Assembly: GCF_006345805.1 (NCBI RefSeq) | Contig: NC_043006.1 | Coordinates: 98,890,001-98,954,000, forward strand | Direction: 5' to 3' | From: Octopus sinensis | Taxonomy: Eukaryota | Length of the DNA: 64,000 nucleotides | Part shown: in pieces, positions 13,720-24,728 of the stretch | Position numbering within the stretch: position 1 is the stretch's first letter | Layout: each line of letters begins with the position of its first letter | The notes under the pieces: model-generated | The model's input: only the letters and a program-made list of their open reading frames with translations | Database searches by the model: none | Told to the model about the DNA's origin: nothing | Translations under genes and position numbers: made by a program

Positions 13720-13945
13720 TTTATGTTACTTTCTGCGTATATTCCACTGATGAAGCAAAGCATTTCTAAATGCAAAGCCAGAAATCGGGGATCTGGAATT
13801 ATCCAGTAATTTCTTACTAGCTCTATTTTGTCTTTTATGTTTCTCTCCTTGTGCTGTAGGAACATTTAATGTGGTTTTAGTGTCAGAACTTTGGTGCTAT
13901 TTTCAGCATGGTGGTATCTCGTAGATACCCTAAATCATAATTTTA
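13310..13945. repeat. Two diverged direct copies of a ~105-bp repeat (13310-13415, 13830-13945)
   Basis: Shared aacatttaatgtggttttag...tatctcgtagataccctaaat. Confidence 0.75.
13741..13799 (+). ncRNA. Type I hammerhead-like motif, canonical core
   Basis: ATTCCA CTGATGA [stem II with inner GCATTT-ct-AAATGC] GAA ATC-ggg-GAT C TGGAAT; 6-bp stem I; base of stem II imperfect. Confidence 0.55.
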
Positions 13946-14063
13946 AATATATGTATATACATATATATATATATTATATTATATATATATATTATATATA
14001 TATATATATATATATTATATTATTAATAATTAAATTAGAATAGCGCTCGGGAATAGAAAAAAG

Positions 14064-14101
14064 TCTTTTACGTTTCGAGCCTACGCTCTTCAACAGAAAG
14101 A
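14064..14101 (-). ncRNA. Minimal type I hammerhead-like motif, A6U core variant
   Basis: TCTTT CTGTTGA A GAGC-gtag-GCTC GAA ACGT A AAAGA; all stems perfect; in a short 3' fragment ending in (TA)n. Confidence 0.7.
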
Positions 14102-14671
14102 TACACAGAAAAAAAGCAAGGGGAGAAAAAATGTAGGTAGGCAGGTATACGTGTATGCATGCATTATTTAGATGAAAGCATTGGGAGTAACGTAGCTACG
14201 GTTATTTGGCTTCGTGAAAATGTTTGTCGAATGGAATTGCGGTTAGACTTGAAACTCATTTAAAACTTTCCTTTCATTACGATATATTCATTGTGATCTT
14301 TTACTTCAATATACAGAGAGTCGCTTCAAAGAATCTTTGGCTGTTTTATATTTAATAAATATGCCAATACATACATACACACGCAAAGAATAATGCATGT
14401 GTGTGTATGTGTGTGTGTATGTGTGTGTATGTGTGTGTGCGTGTGTAGTGAGCATTAAAATTTACGCCGGAATTCACAAAGTATTATCAAATGTATAATC
14501 ACGGTTTTTAAGCAACATTTAGCATATTACGAAACTATACATCATGTCTCCTGACAGCCCATTGTTTAGAGCTTTTGCTGCCATTTACGAAAGGAACGTA
14601 CAAAAGATAACCGTTATTTTGAATACTTTATTTATATTTGACGGATATTTGTCCCCATCTTGTTTGTTGTG

Positions 14672-14717
14672 AACACAACGTTTCGGCTGATATACCCTCC
14701 AGCCTTCATCAGGTGTC
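14672..14717 (-). ncRNA. Minimal type I hammerhead ribozyme motif, intact
   Basis: GACAC CTGATGA A GGCTG-gagggtatat-CAGCC GAA ACGT T GTGTT. Confidence 0.8.
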
Positions 14718-14725
14718 TAGGTGTA

Positions 14726-14765
<40 letters not shown>

Positions 14766-14768
<3 letters not shown>

Positions 14769-14838
14769 TCACTGCCTGGCATCGAACTCGGAATCTTGGT
14801 GTTAGTAGCCCACGCTGTTAACTATTACGCCATATGCC
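14766..14838 (-). promoter_or_regulatory. tRNA-derived (Ile-AAT-like) segment with Pol III A/B boxes; not a functional tRNA gene
   Basis: GGCATATGGCGTAATAGTTAACAGCGTGGGCTACTAACACCAAGATTCCGAGTTCGATGCC; resembles recalled tRNA-Ile AGCGTGGTGCTAATAACGCCAAGG; acceptor stem does not pair. Confidence 0.7.
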
Positions 14839-14868
14839 GGTGGGCAATTCTAGAGTGAATTTTATGGC

Positions 14869-15050
14869 TTATAAATCTAATATTTTTCTTTCCTTCCTTA
14901 ATACGGGTTCCCATATGCTATTCATATCTGCATTCGGTCTGCCTAGGAGGTTGTTGTATCCTAGCATATGTGCTGCTTCTTTTAGTTTCCGTATTTTCAA
15001 ATAGTGCTCTCTGTCTATTATTTTAACTTCATCCCACAGGGAGAGGTGTC
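14869..15050 (-). pseudogene. C-terminal tail of a Penelope-like GIY-YIG endonuclease
   Basis: HLSLWDEVKIIDREHYLKIRKLKEAAHM matches the typical H..WD.VKI.D.E....RKIKEA..I pattern. Confidence 0.75.
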
Positions 15051-15103
15051 CTTCATCGAAAGATAACCTTAGGAATGAGAACCCAAGTTCGAAATTTACC
15101 CAA

Positions 15104-15146
15104 GACACCTGATGAAGGCTGGAGGGTATACCATCCGAAATGTGCA
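15104..15146 (+). ncRNA. Decayed copy of the 14672-14717 hammerhead
   Basis: GACAC CTGATGA A GGCTG...CATCC GAAA, then stem III/I' eroded. Confidence 0.6.
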
Positions 15147-16461
15147 AACAACAAACAAGATGAGGACAAATATCCGTCATATGTAAATTGTGTAAATAAC
15201 GTACGTAATTCCTCATCTCTTAAATATAGGACTGCGTTATTTTGTATATTTAGTGTTATTATTATTTCTGAGTCTGCATTCCGTCCATTGTTACCTTCTG
15301 AGTGCAAATTCCAATCAGGTTAGCATTGCTTTTCATCCTTTCAGGGTGTGTAAAATTAGAAATCTACCGAGTACTGGGGTTGATGTTATCGATTACATCC
15401 CTCTAACCAAATTTCAGGTTGATTGCAGAACAGATTAGTAATATTTTCACTGTTGCTTTCGTTGTTGCTGCTGCTTTTGTTGCTGTTGTTGTTGTTGTTG
15501 TTGATTTCATTTTTGTTGTTCTTTGCAACTATTGTTCTTACCATTCATAATTCCATTCATGATATTTTGTATCTACTACTTCTTCTTACCCCCTTCTGCC
15601 GCATAATATTCCTGAATTTTTGCCTATGCTCTTGCGTGTAAGAGCACGCATAGATTCAGCGGTGCGGAAATAGTGAGGCATGCCGCCATAGACTTCCTTC
15701 CATAAAACCAGCATATCATTCAGTTGCATTCTTTCAATGTTATTTCCGCCTCTAGAAGATGTGTAATATTTACGACTTAGCAATTAACTCCAGCTTGAAT
15801 TGAAAACAGAATAGTTGGATCAAGCATTCTCCGAAGTTGTTTTGGCATTAAGCAAAAAAACTGACTCATTGTTTGGAGGCAAGGGGACAACGATTCTGGC
15901 TCATTCTTTGGAGACAAGTGGACAGTGATTCTGGCACAATAATCATCTTAGTACCATAATTGTCCATTCTTATATCCGGTAGCCAACCAAACTAAACGAA
16001 TATTGAAGAAGTAAAGCACATTTATAACTTGCACACATGAAACGAAGAAGAATGAAGAGAAAAAACACATGGTAGCGAGGCGAGTGGCATAGACACCATA
16101 AATGAATACAATTGTACCATATTACATCCAATACAAGATTTAATTTACTACAATTATCTCCGCCTAAGGACATAAGACGTTATGACCAAATCACATTTGA
16201 AACTAGCAATGAGATGAGATAATAGAATTTCCTAAAGCTGAAATGCTATTAAGAACAAGTTCAACATATTATCTGAGAGATATCAGAAAAAGGCCCCACT
16301 GATGACGGATGTGAAGCTAGAAAAACGTATTCAGCACTGTCCGCTTATACTTTTATATAAAAAAAAATTATACCCTCTGCTCTTTTCTGGAATTTTAACT
16401 TTCGACAGTTATAAATTCATGAAATTATCTCTCCTCATGCAGAGCGGAACTGAATTACCTT

Positions 16462-16862
16462 GGCGCAGGCGTGAATGTGTGGTAAGAAGCTTGCTTCCCA
16501 ACCACATGGTTCTGGGTTCAGTCCCATTGCTTGGCACCTTGTTCGAATATCTTCTACTATAGCCACGGACTAACCAAAGCCTTGCCAGTGGCTTGGCAGA
16601 CGGAACCTGAGAGCTCCATGTATAAATATATGTATATATATATATATGTGTGTGTGTTTGTCTTTGTATCACTGTTTGTCCCCCATCATCGCTTGACAAC
16701 CGATATTAGTTTGTTTACGTGCCCGTAACTTAGCGTTAGGATAGGTACAATGCTTACAAAGAATAAGTCCTTGGATTGCTTTGTTCGACTAAACCCGCTT
16801 TCAGACGATGCTCCGGCATGGTTGCAGTCAAATGATTGAAAAATGTAAAATCTATAAAAGAA
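16462..16862 (+). mobile_element. SINE family C, diverged
   Basis: ggcgcagg head, ggttcagtccc B box, cagtcaaatgattgaaa tail. Confidence 0.85.
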
Positions 16863-16879
16863 TACACACACACACACAC

Positions 16880-16971
<92 letters not shown>

Positions 16972-18527
16972 GTGTGTGTGTGTGTATGTGTGTACAGGTG
17001 CGCAAGCAGACACACACACGCATGCACACGCATAGACACACACATAGTGCACTGTTCCGTGACGGCACTCTATTTGCTGAGAGATAAATGTCATTTAATA
17101 AACAGACCACAGTATTTATATTTTTAAGAGCTACTATTGTTTTATGCGATCAAAACAACTCAGAGAGCATTTTCTAACATTTTGTGTGCCTACTCACAAT
17201 TCTCATGTTCTGCCCATATGGGAATACAAGCTATAACAGGACGATACAGAGGATAAAATACGAGAAAGAACGAGAAGGAAGTAGATGTAAAAAGTGGAAA
17301 GCTGAAAACACGGAAAAACGAAAAGGAAAGAAAAAATAATTGTTTGGGAATTAGAATTATATATACGTCAATATGACGATAGATACAATTTGCAGCTTCA
17401 CTCAAACTTATAAAATATCTTTCATTCAACCTCACTCAGTACTTCACCAGCCTTATTAAGGCAGTCATTTTAAGGTAAAAGGTTTGAATCCTAGCACACA
17501 CCCCTGAATGTTCTTCGGTATTTTTATGTTTATCCATATATACAAATTTCTTCAACATTCAGATGAAATATTTTAGAAACATTGCTGTTATATATATATG
17601 AAACTTAGTAATGAATGAATACTGGAAAACTATGTAGAACTGAACTCCAGCTCAGCATGCTGTAAGTATGATAACCGAATTTCAATGACTATCTTAGTTT
17701 CATGTACAAAAATTTAGGTTTCTGAAACTTGTTCGAAGAAATTATGAATTCTACGGATTTGAAAATTGAAGAATTTCGACATATAATGGAATAGAAATGA
17801 ACATGATTTTTATTTAGGACGATTTACGATGTATAATGTTAGATGGATTTTCTCTGAACTAAAGTATCGAGCAAAAGAAAAAAAACGTATATTGTTTATA
17901 AAGCCATGTTATTTATTGAAGAAATATATAAATTGGAATTATTCTACATTAGACGAATGAATTTAAGAAAATTGAATATGAGGATATAGATTACATTATT
18001 TGTCGTTTAATGATGCACATTATTCGAAAAACAATTTTTTAGGGATCCATTAAAATATGTCAATAAATGTATGAGTGCGATAATTAAAGTGTGAAGAATG
18101 TAAAAATTGGTAGCTTTGAAAACATCTGAATGAATTATGGAAGCGCAAAGCTTTCTGAAAATTAAAAAGAAACTATCTTAGAATAATGTATTAACAATGC
18201 ATTTGCGTACAAGAAATTTTATTATTGAAATGAATGTATTGGAGAAAATAAAGTTAATATCTATGAGGTAAAATTTGAATTCTTGAATGGAAGTGGTTAT
18301 TAAAGTTAATTTTGTTTTCAGGATGGAAATATCTGAGTTCAATATTATACATGAATTGCCAAGGAAATTCAAAAAGGGTTAATATGGTACACGGGTTGTA
18401 GAATTAATAACCAAAAAATGTTTTCAAGATGTGTGAGGGGACGAAAAATAAGGCATCAAAATAAGATAGCAAAATAATATACTACAAATATGGTGCAGTT
18501 GTTTTCTTAAGATTATTCATAAAAAGC

Positions 18528-19300
18528 AAGGCGGCGAGCTGCCAGAAACGATAGCACGCCGGGCGAAATGCGTAACCGCATTTCGTCTGCCGTTACGTTG
18601 TGAGTTCAAATTCCGCCGAGGTTGACTTTGCCTTTCATCCTTTCGGGTCGATAAATTAAGTACCAGTTACGCAATGGAGTCGATATAATCGACTTAATCC
18701 GTTTGTCAGTCCTTGTTTGTCCTCTCTGTGTTTAACCCATTGTGGGTAGTAAAGAAATAGGTATTTCGCCTGTCTTTACGTTCTGAGTTCGAATTCCGTC
18801 GAGGTCGACTTTGTCTTTCATCCTTTCGGGGTCGATAAATTAAGTACCAGTTACGCACTGGGATCGGTATAATCGACTTAACCCGTTTGTGTGTCCTTGT
18901 TTGTCCTCTCTATGTTTAGCCCCTTGTGGGTAGTAAAGAAATAGAAATAGCTATTTCGTCTGCCGCTACGTTCTAAGTTCAAATTCCACCGAGGTCGACT
19001 TTGCCTTTCATCCTTTCGGAGTCGATTAAATAAGTACCAGTTACGCATTAGGGTCGATATAATCAACTTAGTCCGTTTTTCTGTCCTTGTTTGTTCCTTC
19101 TGTGTTTAGCCCCTTTTGGGTAGTAAAGACATAGGTATTTCAAAAATGCTTGGTGGTATTTCGTCGGTATTATATTCTGAGTTCAAATTACACCGACACC
19201 GGTGTAATTCTTTTCAGGGTCGATAAATTAAATACCATTTGCGTACTGGGGTCGATCTAATCGACTGCCGCACCCACATTTCGGGCCTTGTGCATAGCAT
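18528..19300 (+). mobile_element. Head-to-tail tandem array of four SINE family A units
   Basis: Units start at about 18528, 18761, 18950 and 19137; units 2-3 start just upstream of the B box (gtatttcg). Confidence 0.85.
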
Positions 19301-19457
19301 AGAAAAGATTATTCATAAAATGTGTATAACGAGAAAATTTTTACAGTTATTAGAATGTCATTTTACTTCTGTTTCGTAGTTTTCTTACTAATATTGTACA
19401 GATTTGACGAAGATCGAGAAAACTCTAGTATTGTTTCAGTGTTTATTTGTGAGATCG

Positions 19458-19843
19458 GTGGAGGCGCAATGGCCCAGTGGTTAGGGCAGCGGACTCGCTG
19501 TCATAGGATCGCGGTTTCGATTCCCAGACCGGGCGTTGTGAGTGCTTATTGAGCGAAAACACCTAAAAAAGCTCCACGAGGCTCCGGCAGGGGATGGTGG
19601 TGATCCCTGCTGTACTCTTTCACCACAACTTTCTCTCACTCTTACTTCCTGTTTCTGTTGTACCTGTATTTCAAAGGGGCCGGCATTGTCACTCTCTGTG
19701 TCACGCTGAATATCCCCGAGAACTACGTTAAGGGTACACGTCCTGTGGAGTGCTCAGCCACTTACACATTAATTTCACGAGCAGGCTGTTCCGTTGATTC
19801 GGATCAACCGGAACCCTCATCGTCGTAACCGACGGATTGCTTT
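19458..19843 (+). mobile_element. Full-length SINE family B
   Basis: Same sequence as 11967-12352, 44354-44744 and 59069-59465. Confidence 0.92.
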
Positions 19844-20476
19844 CTTCTCTCTATTTATGAGATCGTAGTATGTTAATGATTCGTGGTAAGAACTTTAAAA
19901 TAATGCTAGATAAATATATTTAAAAAGTCTGTTAAATATGATAATTTTGTTCTCTCTTTATATAATCATGCATAAAGAGATCGTGGAATTGCACATTGAG
20001 TTAAATTTAGGAAGTCAAATCATTGTGTTACATGTTATTCATTATGATAATCAGATATCACTAATACCGACTAAGGTGGCTAAAGTTAAATTAAAGGAAA
20101 TTAAAGGAAAAACGTGGAAATTTGCCCGGAAAGCTCATTATGGTTAAACAAATATTTATTTTAGGATCATAGCTGGATAATGAAAACATGTGAAAAAATA
20201 TCAGTATCATGGGAAAACATGATACATGAGTAACGTAAATATTTTTTATGTAAAGTCTTCTAAATCTAAATCACATATTTTGATTGCAATAATATATTAA
20301 AATAATGAACATTTAATATTTATACTTACAAACACAATTCAATAAGTACATCTTAAAATATACTGGAATATAACACCTCTATCTATAATGTTATATCTAG
20401 AAGAGAAATAGTTTTAAAGATTCTGTGAACGATATAATCGCATAAAAAGTATAAGATGTGAAAGTAAATATATATA

Positions 20477-20700
20477 TATATTCTTTTATTCTTTTAGTTA
20501 TTTCAGTCATTTGACTGCGGGCATGCTAGACCACCGCCTTTAGTCGAGGAAAACGATGCCAGGACTTATTCTTTGTAAGCCTAGTACCTATTCTATCTGT
20601 TCCAAAAGAGACCGCTAAGTTACAGGGACGTAAGCACATCGACATCGGTTGTCAAGTGATGGTGAGGACACAAACATAGACACGCAAATATATGCATACA
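20477..20700 (-). mobile_element. 3' half of SINE family C, interrupted by the LINE
   Basis: Family C tail; shares private variants with 24433-24657. Confidence 0.85.
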
Positions 20701-20701
20701 T

Positions 20702-23700
20702 AAAAAAAAAACTTAGATAAAAACTTAGATATGTTTCGACCAGAGATTGGTCCAAGCCATGTCTAACTTAATAGCACCACCTGATAGGATTATTCGAATC
20801 CTGTTTAAGTCAAGTTTTGTTCAAGTAGTGAGTTCTTGTTGGGTGAGTTGTATCCAGTTTTGTTCAAGTAGTGAGTTCTTGTTGGCTGAGTTGTATCCAA
20901 TTATGGGTGGCTTGTCTGGTATTCTTTGAAGGAATCTATCCAGACTCTGTTTGAAGTTGATGGGATCCTTTTCCTCTTTGATCTCCCTCGGGACAATGTT
21001 AAATAGGGCAGGGCCTGTTGAGGAAAAGAAATTATGTTGCAGTGTACATGTATGTTGTGATCTTGAATTTGGCAGGGGACGTATAGCCCGTGGTCCAAGT
21101 CTCGGATGAACCTTGAAGCTAATGTTTAGGTCGTTTGGGCAAAGTTGGCGGTATATTTTCCACATCGTACAAATGATGTACCGCTCACGGCGACGCTGGA
21201 GGGAGTAAAGTTTCAAGGCTTTAAGGCGATCCCAATAGTCGAGAGCAGCCATGCCTTCAATTTGTTTAGTAAGAGCCCTCTGGGGTGACTCAATTCTGGA
21301 GATGTTTTGTCTTGTGTGAGGAGACCACAGTGGGCAGCAGTATTCAAGGTGTGGCCGTACAAAGGATGAAAAAAGTGGTATGATGACACCTTGTTCTCTG
21401 GACCGGAAAGTTCTTAAGATCCAGGAACTCATCCTACGAGCTGTATCGACCTTCTTGTTGATGTGTACACTCCAGCTGAGATCGTCATCAACAATTACAC
21501 CCAGGTCTCTGATATTGTTAGAGGCTGTGAGCGGTTCCCCTGAAGGAAGAGAGTATGGTTGTTTTAGTGAGGAATTTCTTCCAAAATGCATCAGCTCAAA
21601 TTTTTCCTCATTCAGTTGCATTTTGTTTCTGTCTGCCCATTGACTCACAGCATATAGGTCAGACTGGAGTTGAGTTCGGTCTGCTTCTTCATTGACGATT
21701 TGCTGGAGCTTAGTGTCATCAGCGAATATTTTCACTTTGCAGTGATGTACGACACTGGAAAGGTCGTTTACATAAATTATGAAGAGTAGCGGACCCAAAA
21801 CAGTTCCCTGGGGAACACCGCTGGTGACTTTTGCTGGGTTTGAGTGGACTCCATCAACTACAACATGTTGTGTTCTATTCGCTAGGAAATACTGAATCCA
21901 GTGTAGAACTTTTCCACGGACTCCAACATTTGCCAATTTTGAGAGTAGGATGTTATGGTCTACCCTGTCGAACGCTTTACTGAAGTCAAGGTATATGACG
22001 TCAGAGTTCGAACCTGTTCCCAAGGCTTTGAGTACATCTTCAATGTGGTGTAAGAGCTGTGTTAGACAGTCCCTGCCACAGCGAAAGCCATGTTGATTTG
22101 AATTTAGGAGTTTGTGGGTCTCCAGGAAGTCAGCTATCCTTGATCTTAACACTCTTTCAAACACTTTAATGATGTGGGAGGTGAGTGAGATTGGGCGATA
22201 GTTGACTGCGAGGGATCTGTTTCCCTGTTTGAAAACCGGGATGACCGACTGGGATAGAAACTTTTTCGGTATATAACCTGCGTCTAACGAGTTTCTCCAG
22301 AGGTTGGTCAGAGGGACTGCAAGTTGATATCTACATTCCTTCATGAGACTGGCGGGAAATCTATCAGGGCCTACAGCAGAGTAATGTTTGACCTCATTTA
22401 TTGCTGCTACGATGTCGGTGGCAGTGAAGGTTATGTCTGCGATTTTGTGTTGGGAGTCAGCTTCGTTCGTTTCCCTCACATCAATCTCATTGGGAACACT
22501 GAAGACAGAGCAATATTGTTTCTGCAGTATTTCTGCCATTTCTTTAGCATCGTGTTGGGGAATGCCGTTTTCATCAATCAATGGCCCAATAGGTGAGACA
22601 GTGGTTCTATGCTTATTTGCATAAGAATAGAACACTTTTGGGTTCTGTTTGATGTTTTTGATTACCCATTGTTCCTCCACAGCTCTTTGATTTTCAATGG
22701 AGGTTTTCATGTTAGTCTGCAGATGAAGTTTTTCCAGCTCTAGTCTTTTCATTGTTGTTGAATGTGGATGTTGCGTGTGGGAATATTTTAATTGGTTGAT
22801 TTTTTTGTTGAGTCTTTTGATGCGCCTGATGAGTGTTTTTTTTCTTTTTAGGGAGCCGGTTTCTGTTTGTGTTAGTAGATTTCTTGGGAGCGTGTTTAGA
22901 GCATGTGTCGGTGACAATGGTTTCAAAGTGCTGCCACGCGGTCTCAATATGAGGGGAATTGAGAGTAAGAGACCAGTCCATGGAAGACAGATCCTTTCTG
23001 ATTGTTCCCCAGTCCGCTTTGTGGAAATTTATGTTGTCAAATGGGTGCCATGGAGTGGGATTGGCTGGTTTGGTTTTTATACGTCGGGAATTAAGATTGC
23101 AGAGTACCATGTCGTGGTCTGAGAGGAGAGTTTTTTCGACTGAAATGCTGTGAACGTAGCTAGAGTGATTGGTCAGTACCAGATCCAAGATCGTTTTATT
23201 CTGTCTCGTTGGTTCAAGCACTAGCTGAGTCAGGAAATACTCATCCATCAGATTAAAGAGCAGTTCTGCTGCTGCCCTATCTGATGTAGAGCACTTGCCT
23301 AACTTCGGAGTATTTGTGGGCCAGTTCACATGAGGGAGGTTAAAAACACCCATCACTATTATGTTTCCGGAGTGGTACTTCCGAAGGAAGGACTTGACTT
23401 TGCTAAGGCACTCTTCAAAGTACTTTAGAGGTGCCTGGGGAGGCCTGTAAAGACCAACAATGGTTATGTCCTTGGCTTTGTTGTATACTGATACCGATTC
23501 ACAGTAGCCATTGGAAAATGTGTCCTTGGCATCAAGTGAAAAGGAGTCATGGATAAAGATGGCTGTCCCTCCCTTATTTCGGTCTGTGCGATCCGCACGA
23601 ACAATGGTGAAATCTTTTATTTTCACCTCTGCGTCCATATGGGTGTTGTTCAGGTGAGTCTCGGTAAGGATAAAGAAAGGGAAGCAATGTGCCATTTCGG

Positions 23701-23737
23701 CAAGCCAACTCTCTATATATGGGATCTTCCATTTTTG
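20702..23737 (-). mobile_element. CR1-clade non-LTR retrotransposon, slightly 5'-truncated, young
   Basis: APE endonuclease plus RT; 3' UTR stem-loop GACCA-atctc-TGGTC and ATCTAAGTTTTT tandem tail; 42-bp duplication at the stop; possible ATACAT TSD in the SINE microsatellite. Confidence 0.93.
20821..22947 (-). CDS. LINE reverse transcriptase ORF (CR1-like); true frame starts at the frameshift near 22840
   Basis: NYRPISLTS, QHGFR, YLDFSKAFD, GVPQGTVLGPLLF, FADD, RDLGV, RPHLEYC. Confidence 0.9.
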   Translation of the reverse strand: MRPRGSTLKPLSPTHALNTLPRNLLTQTETGSLKRKKTLIRRIKRLNKKINQLKYSHTQHPHSTTMKRLELEKLHLQTNMKTSIENQRAVEEQWVIKNIKQNPKVFYSYANKHRTTVSPIGPLIDENGIPQHDAKEMAEILQKQYCSVFSVPNEIDVRETNEADSQHKIADITFTATDIVAAINEVKHYSAVGPDRFPASLMKECRYQLAVPLTNLWRNSLDAGYIPKKFLSQSVIPVFKQGNRSLAVNYRPISLTSHIIKVFERVLRSRIADFLETHKLLNSNQHGFRCGRDCLTQLLHHIEDVLKALGTGSNSDVIYLDFSKAFDRVDHNILLSKLANVGVRGKVLHWIQYFLANRTQHVVVDGVHSNPAKVTSGVPQGTVLGPLLFIIYVNDLSSVVHHCKVKIFADDTKLQQIVNEEADRTQLQSDLYAVSQWADRNKMQLNEEKFELMHFGRNSSLKQPYSLPSGEPLTASNNIRDLGVIVDDDLSWSVHINKKVDTARRMSSWILRTFRSREQGVIIPLFSSFVRPHLEYCCPLWSPHTRQNISRIESPQRALTKQIEGMAALDYWDRLKALKLYSLQRRRERYIICTMWKIYRQLCPNDLNISFKVHPRLGPRAIRPLPNSRSQHTCTLQHNFFSSTGPALFNIVPREIKEEKDPINFKQSLDRFLQRIPDKPPIIGYNSANKNSLLEQNWIQLTQQELTT

Positions 23738-23746
23738 GGCATACAT
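22712..23746 (-). CDS. LINE apurinic-like endonuclease ORF, frameshifted relative to RT
   Basis: LTETHL, GGTAIFI, YRPP, GVFN (usually GDFN), TR..KTILDLVLTN, SDH. Confidence 0.85.
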   Translation of the reverse strand: MYAQKWKIPYIESWLAEMAHCFPFFILTETHLNNTHMDAEVKIKDFTIVRADRTDRNKGGTAIFIHDSFSLDAKDTFSNGYCESVSVYNKAKDITIVGLYRPPQAPLKYFEECLSKVKSFLRKYHSGNIIVMGVFNLPHVNWPTNTPKLGKCSTSDRAAAELLFNLMDEYFLTQLVLEPTRQNKTILDLVLTNHSSYVHSISVEKTLLSDHDMVLCNLNSRRIKTKPANPTPWHPFDNINFHKADWGTIRKDLSSMDWSLTLNSPHIETAWQHFETIVTDTCSKHAPKKSTNTNRNRLPKKKKNTHQAHQKTQQKNQPIKIFPHATSTFNNNEKTRAGKTSSAD

Positions 23747-24366
23747 ATATACATATATAAATAGTTTAAATAAATTTTATTATAGTTGATTGTAGATTAA
23801 CATAAAATGTAATCAGAAGTTTTAGGAAAATGTAAACATGTTGATGGTGAACATCTCTCCTGTAAGAGGATTAAAATTTAAACTTATATCGGATTAAATA
23901 AATAAAAATATATTATTTTTATATCCTACAATTAGACATAAAGAGTTCTTATTACTCGAAAATTTTACAAATTCAACCCCATAACTTCCCTATTCAAGTA
24001 ACGAATATCAAAATCGTTATCAATAGAGCCAATCTACATGCATGTCAGTGAAAAGTCTATTCTCTCTAGATCATTGGTGATTGCAATTCATGATTATGCG
24101 CCTTTAAAATCTTAGTGATTGGTCATACAGATTGGTCAGAAGTACGTATTCTTCTACGATGAAGGTAAACAAAATTGAGATGTATTGAAATATATCGAAA
24201 TCATTTTTTTCTGATACTTAGACGCGTGATAATGCTAATAAATAGGGTGTTCAGGATATATTATCCATAAATTGCAGAAGAATGCGGTATACTTTTTTTA
24301 TTTTTGTATCACAGTAATTGAAGAATGTACAGTAAGATAGACATGCTTAGATGCACACATATATTT

Positions 24367-24432
<66 letters not shown>

Positions 24433-24440
<8 letters not shown>

Positions 24441-24664
24441 TTTTATTCTTTTAGTTATTTCAGTCATTTGACTGCGGGCATGCTAGACCACCGCCTTTAG
24501 TCGAGGAAAACGATGCCAGGACTTATTCTTTGTAAGCCTAGTACTTATTCTATCAGTTCCAAAAGAGACCGCTAAGTTACAGGGACGTAAGCACATCAAC
24601 ATCGGTTGTCAAGTGATGGTGAGGACACAAACATAGACACACAAAAATATGCATACATATATAC

Positions 24665-24728
<64 letters not shown>

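Larger units (their letters stand above)
14610..15235. mobile_element. Penelope-like element 3' region with inverted pseudo-LTR
   Basis: Minus strand: GIY-YIG tail, tRNA-like head, (AAT)n, hammerhead; plus-strand copy of the same LTR at 15054-15235; third copy at 59645-59826. Confidence 0.8.

Noticed and set aside
14766-14838. tRNA gene
   Set aside because: Acceptor stem does not pair and it is embedded in a repeat; treated as a tRNA-derived head
15586-15950. GC-richer, coding-like minus-strand stretch ending at a GTAAGA donor
   Set aside because: Stops in all frames and no recognisable motif; possibly an old transposase remnant, unsupported
16299-16335. CTGATGA followed by GAAAAACGT
   Set aside because: No stem I or stem II pairing
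18528-19300. CRISPR-like array interpretation of the tandem repeats
   Set aside because: Long SINE units without unique spacers, eukaryotic context, no cas genes
22826-22833. CTGATGAG inside the LINE
   Set aside because: Part of coding sequence on the opposite strand; no fold
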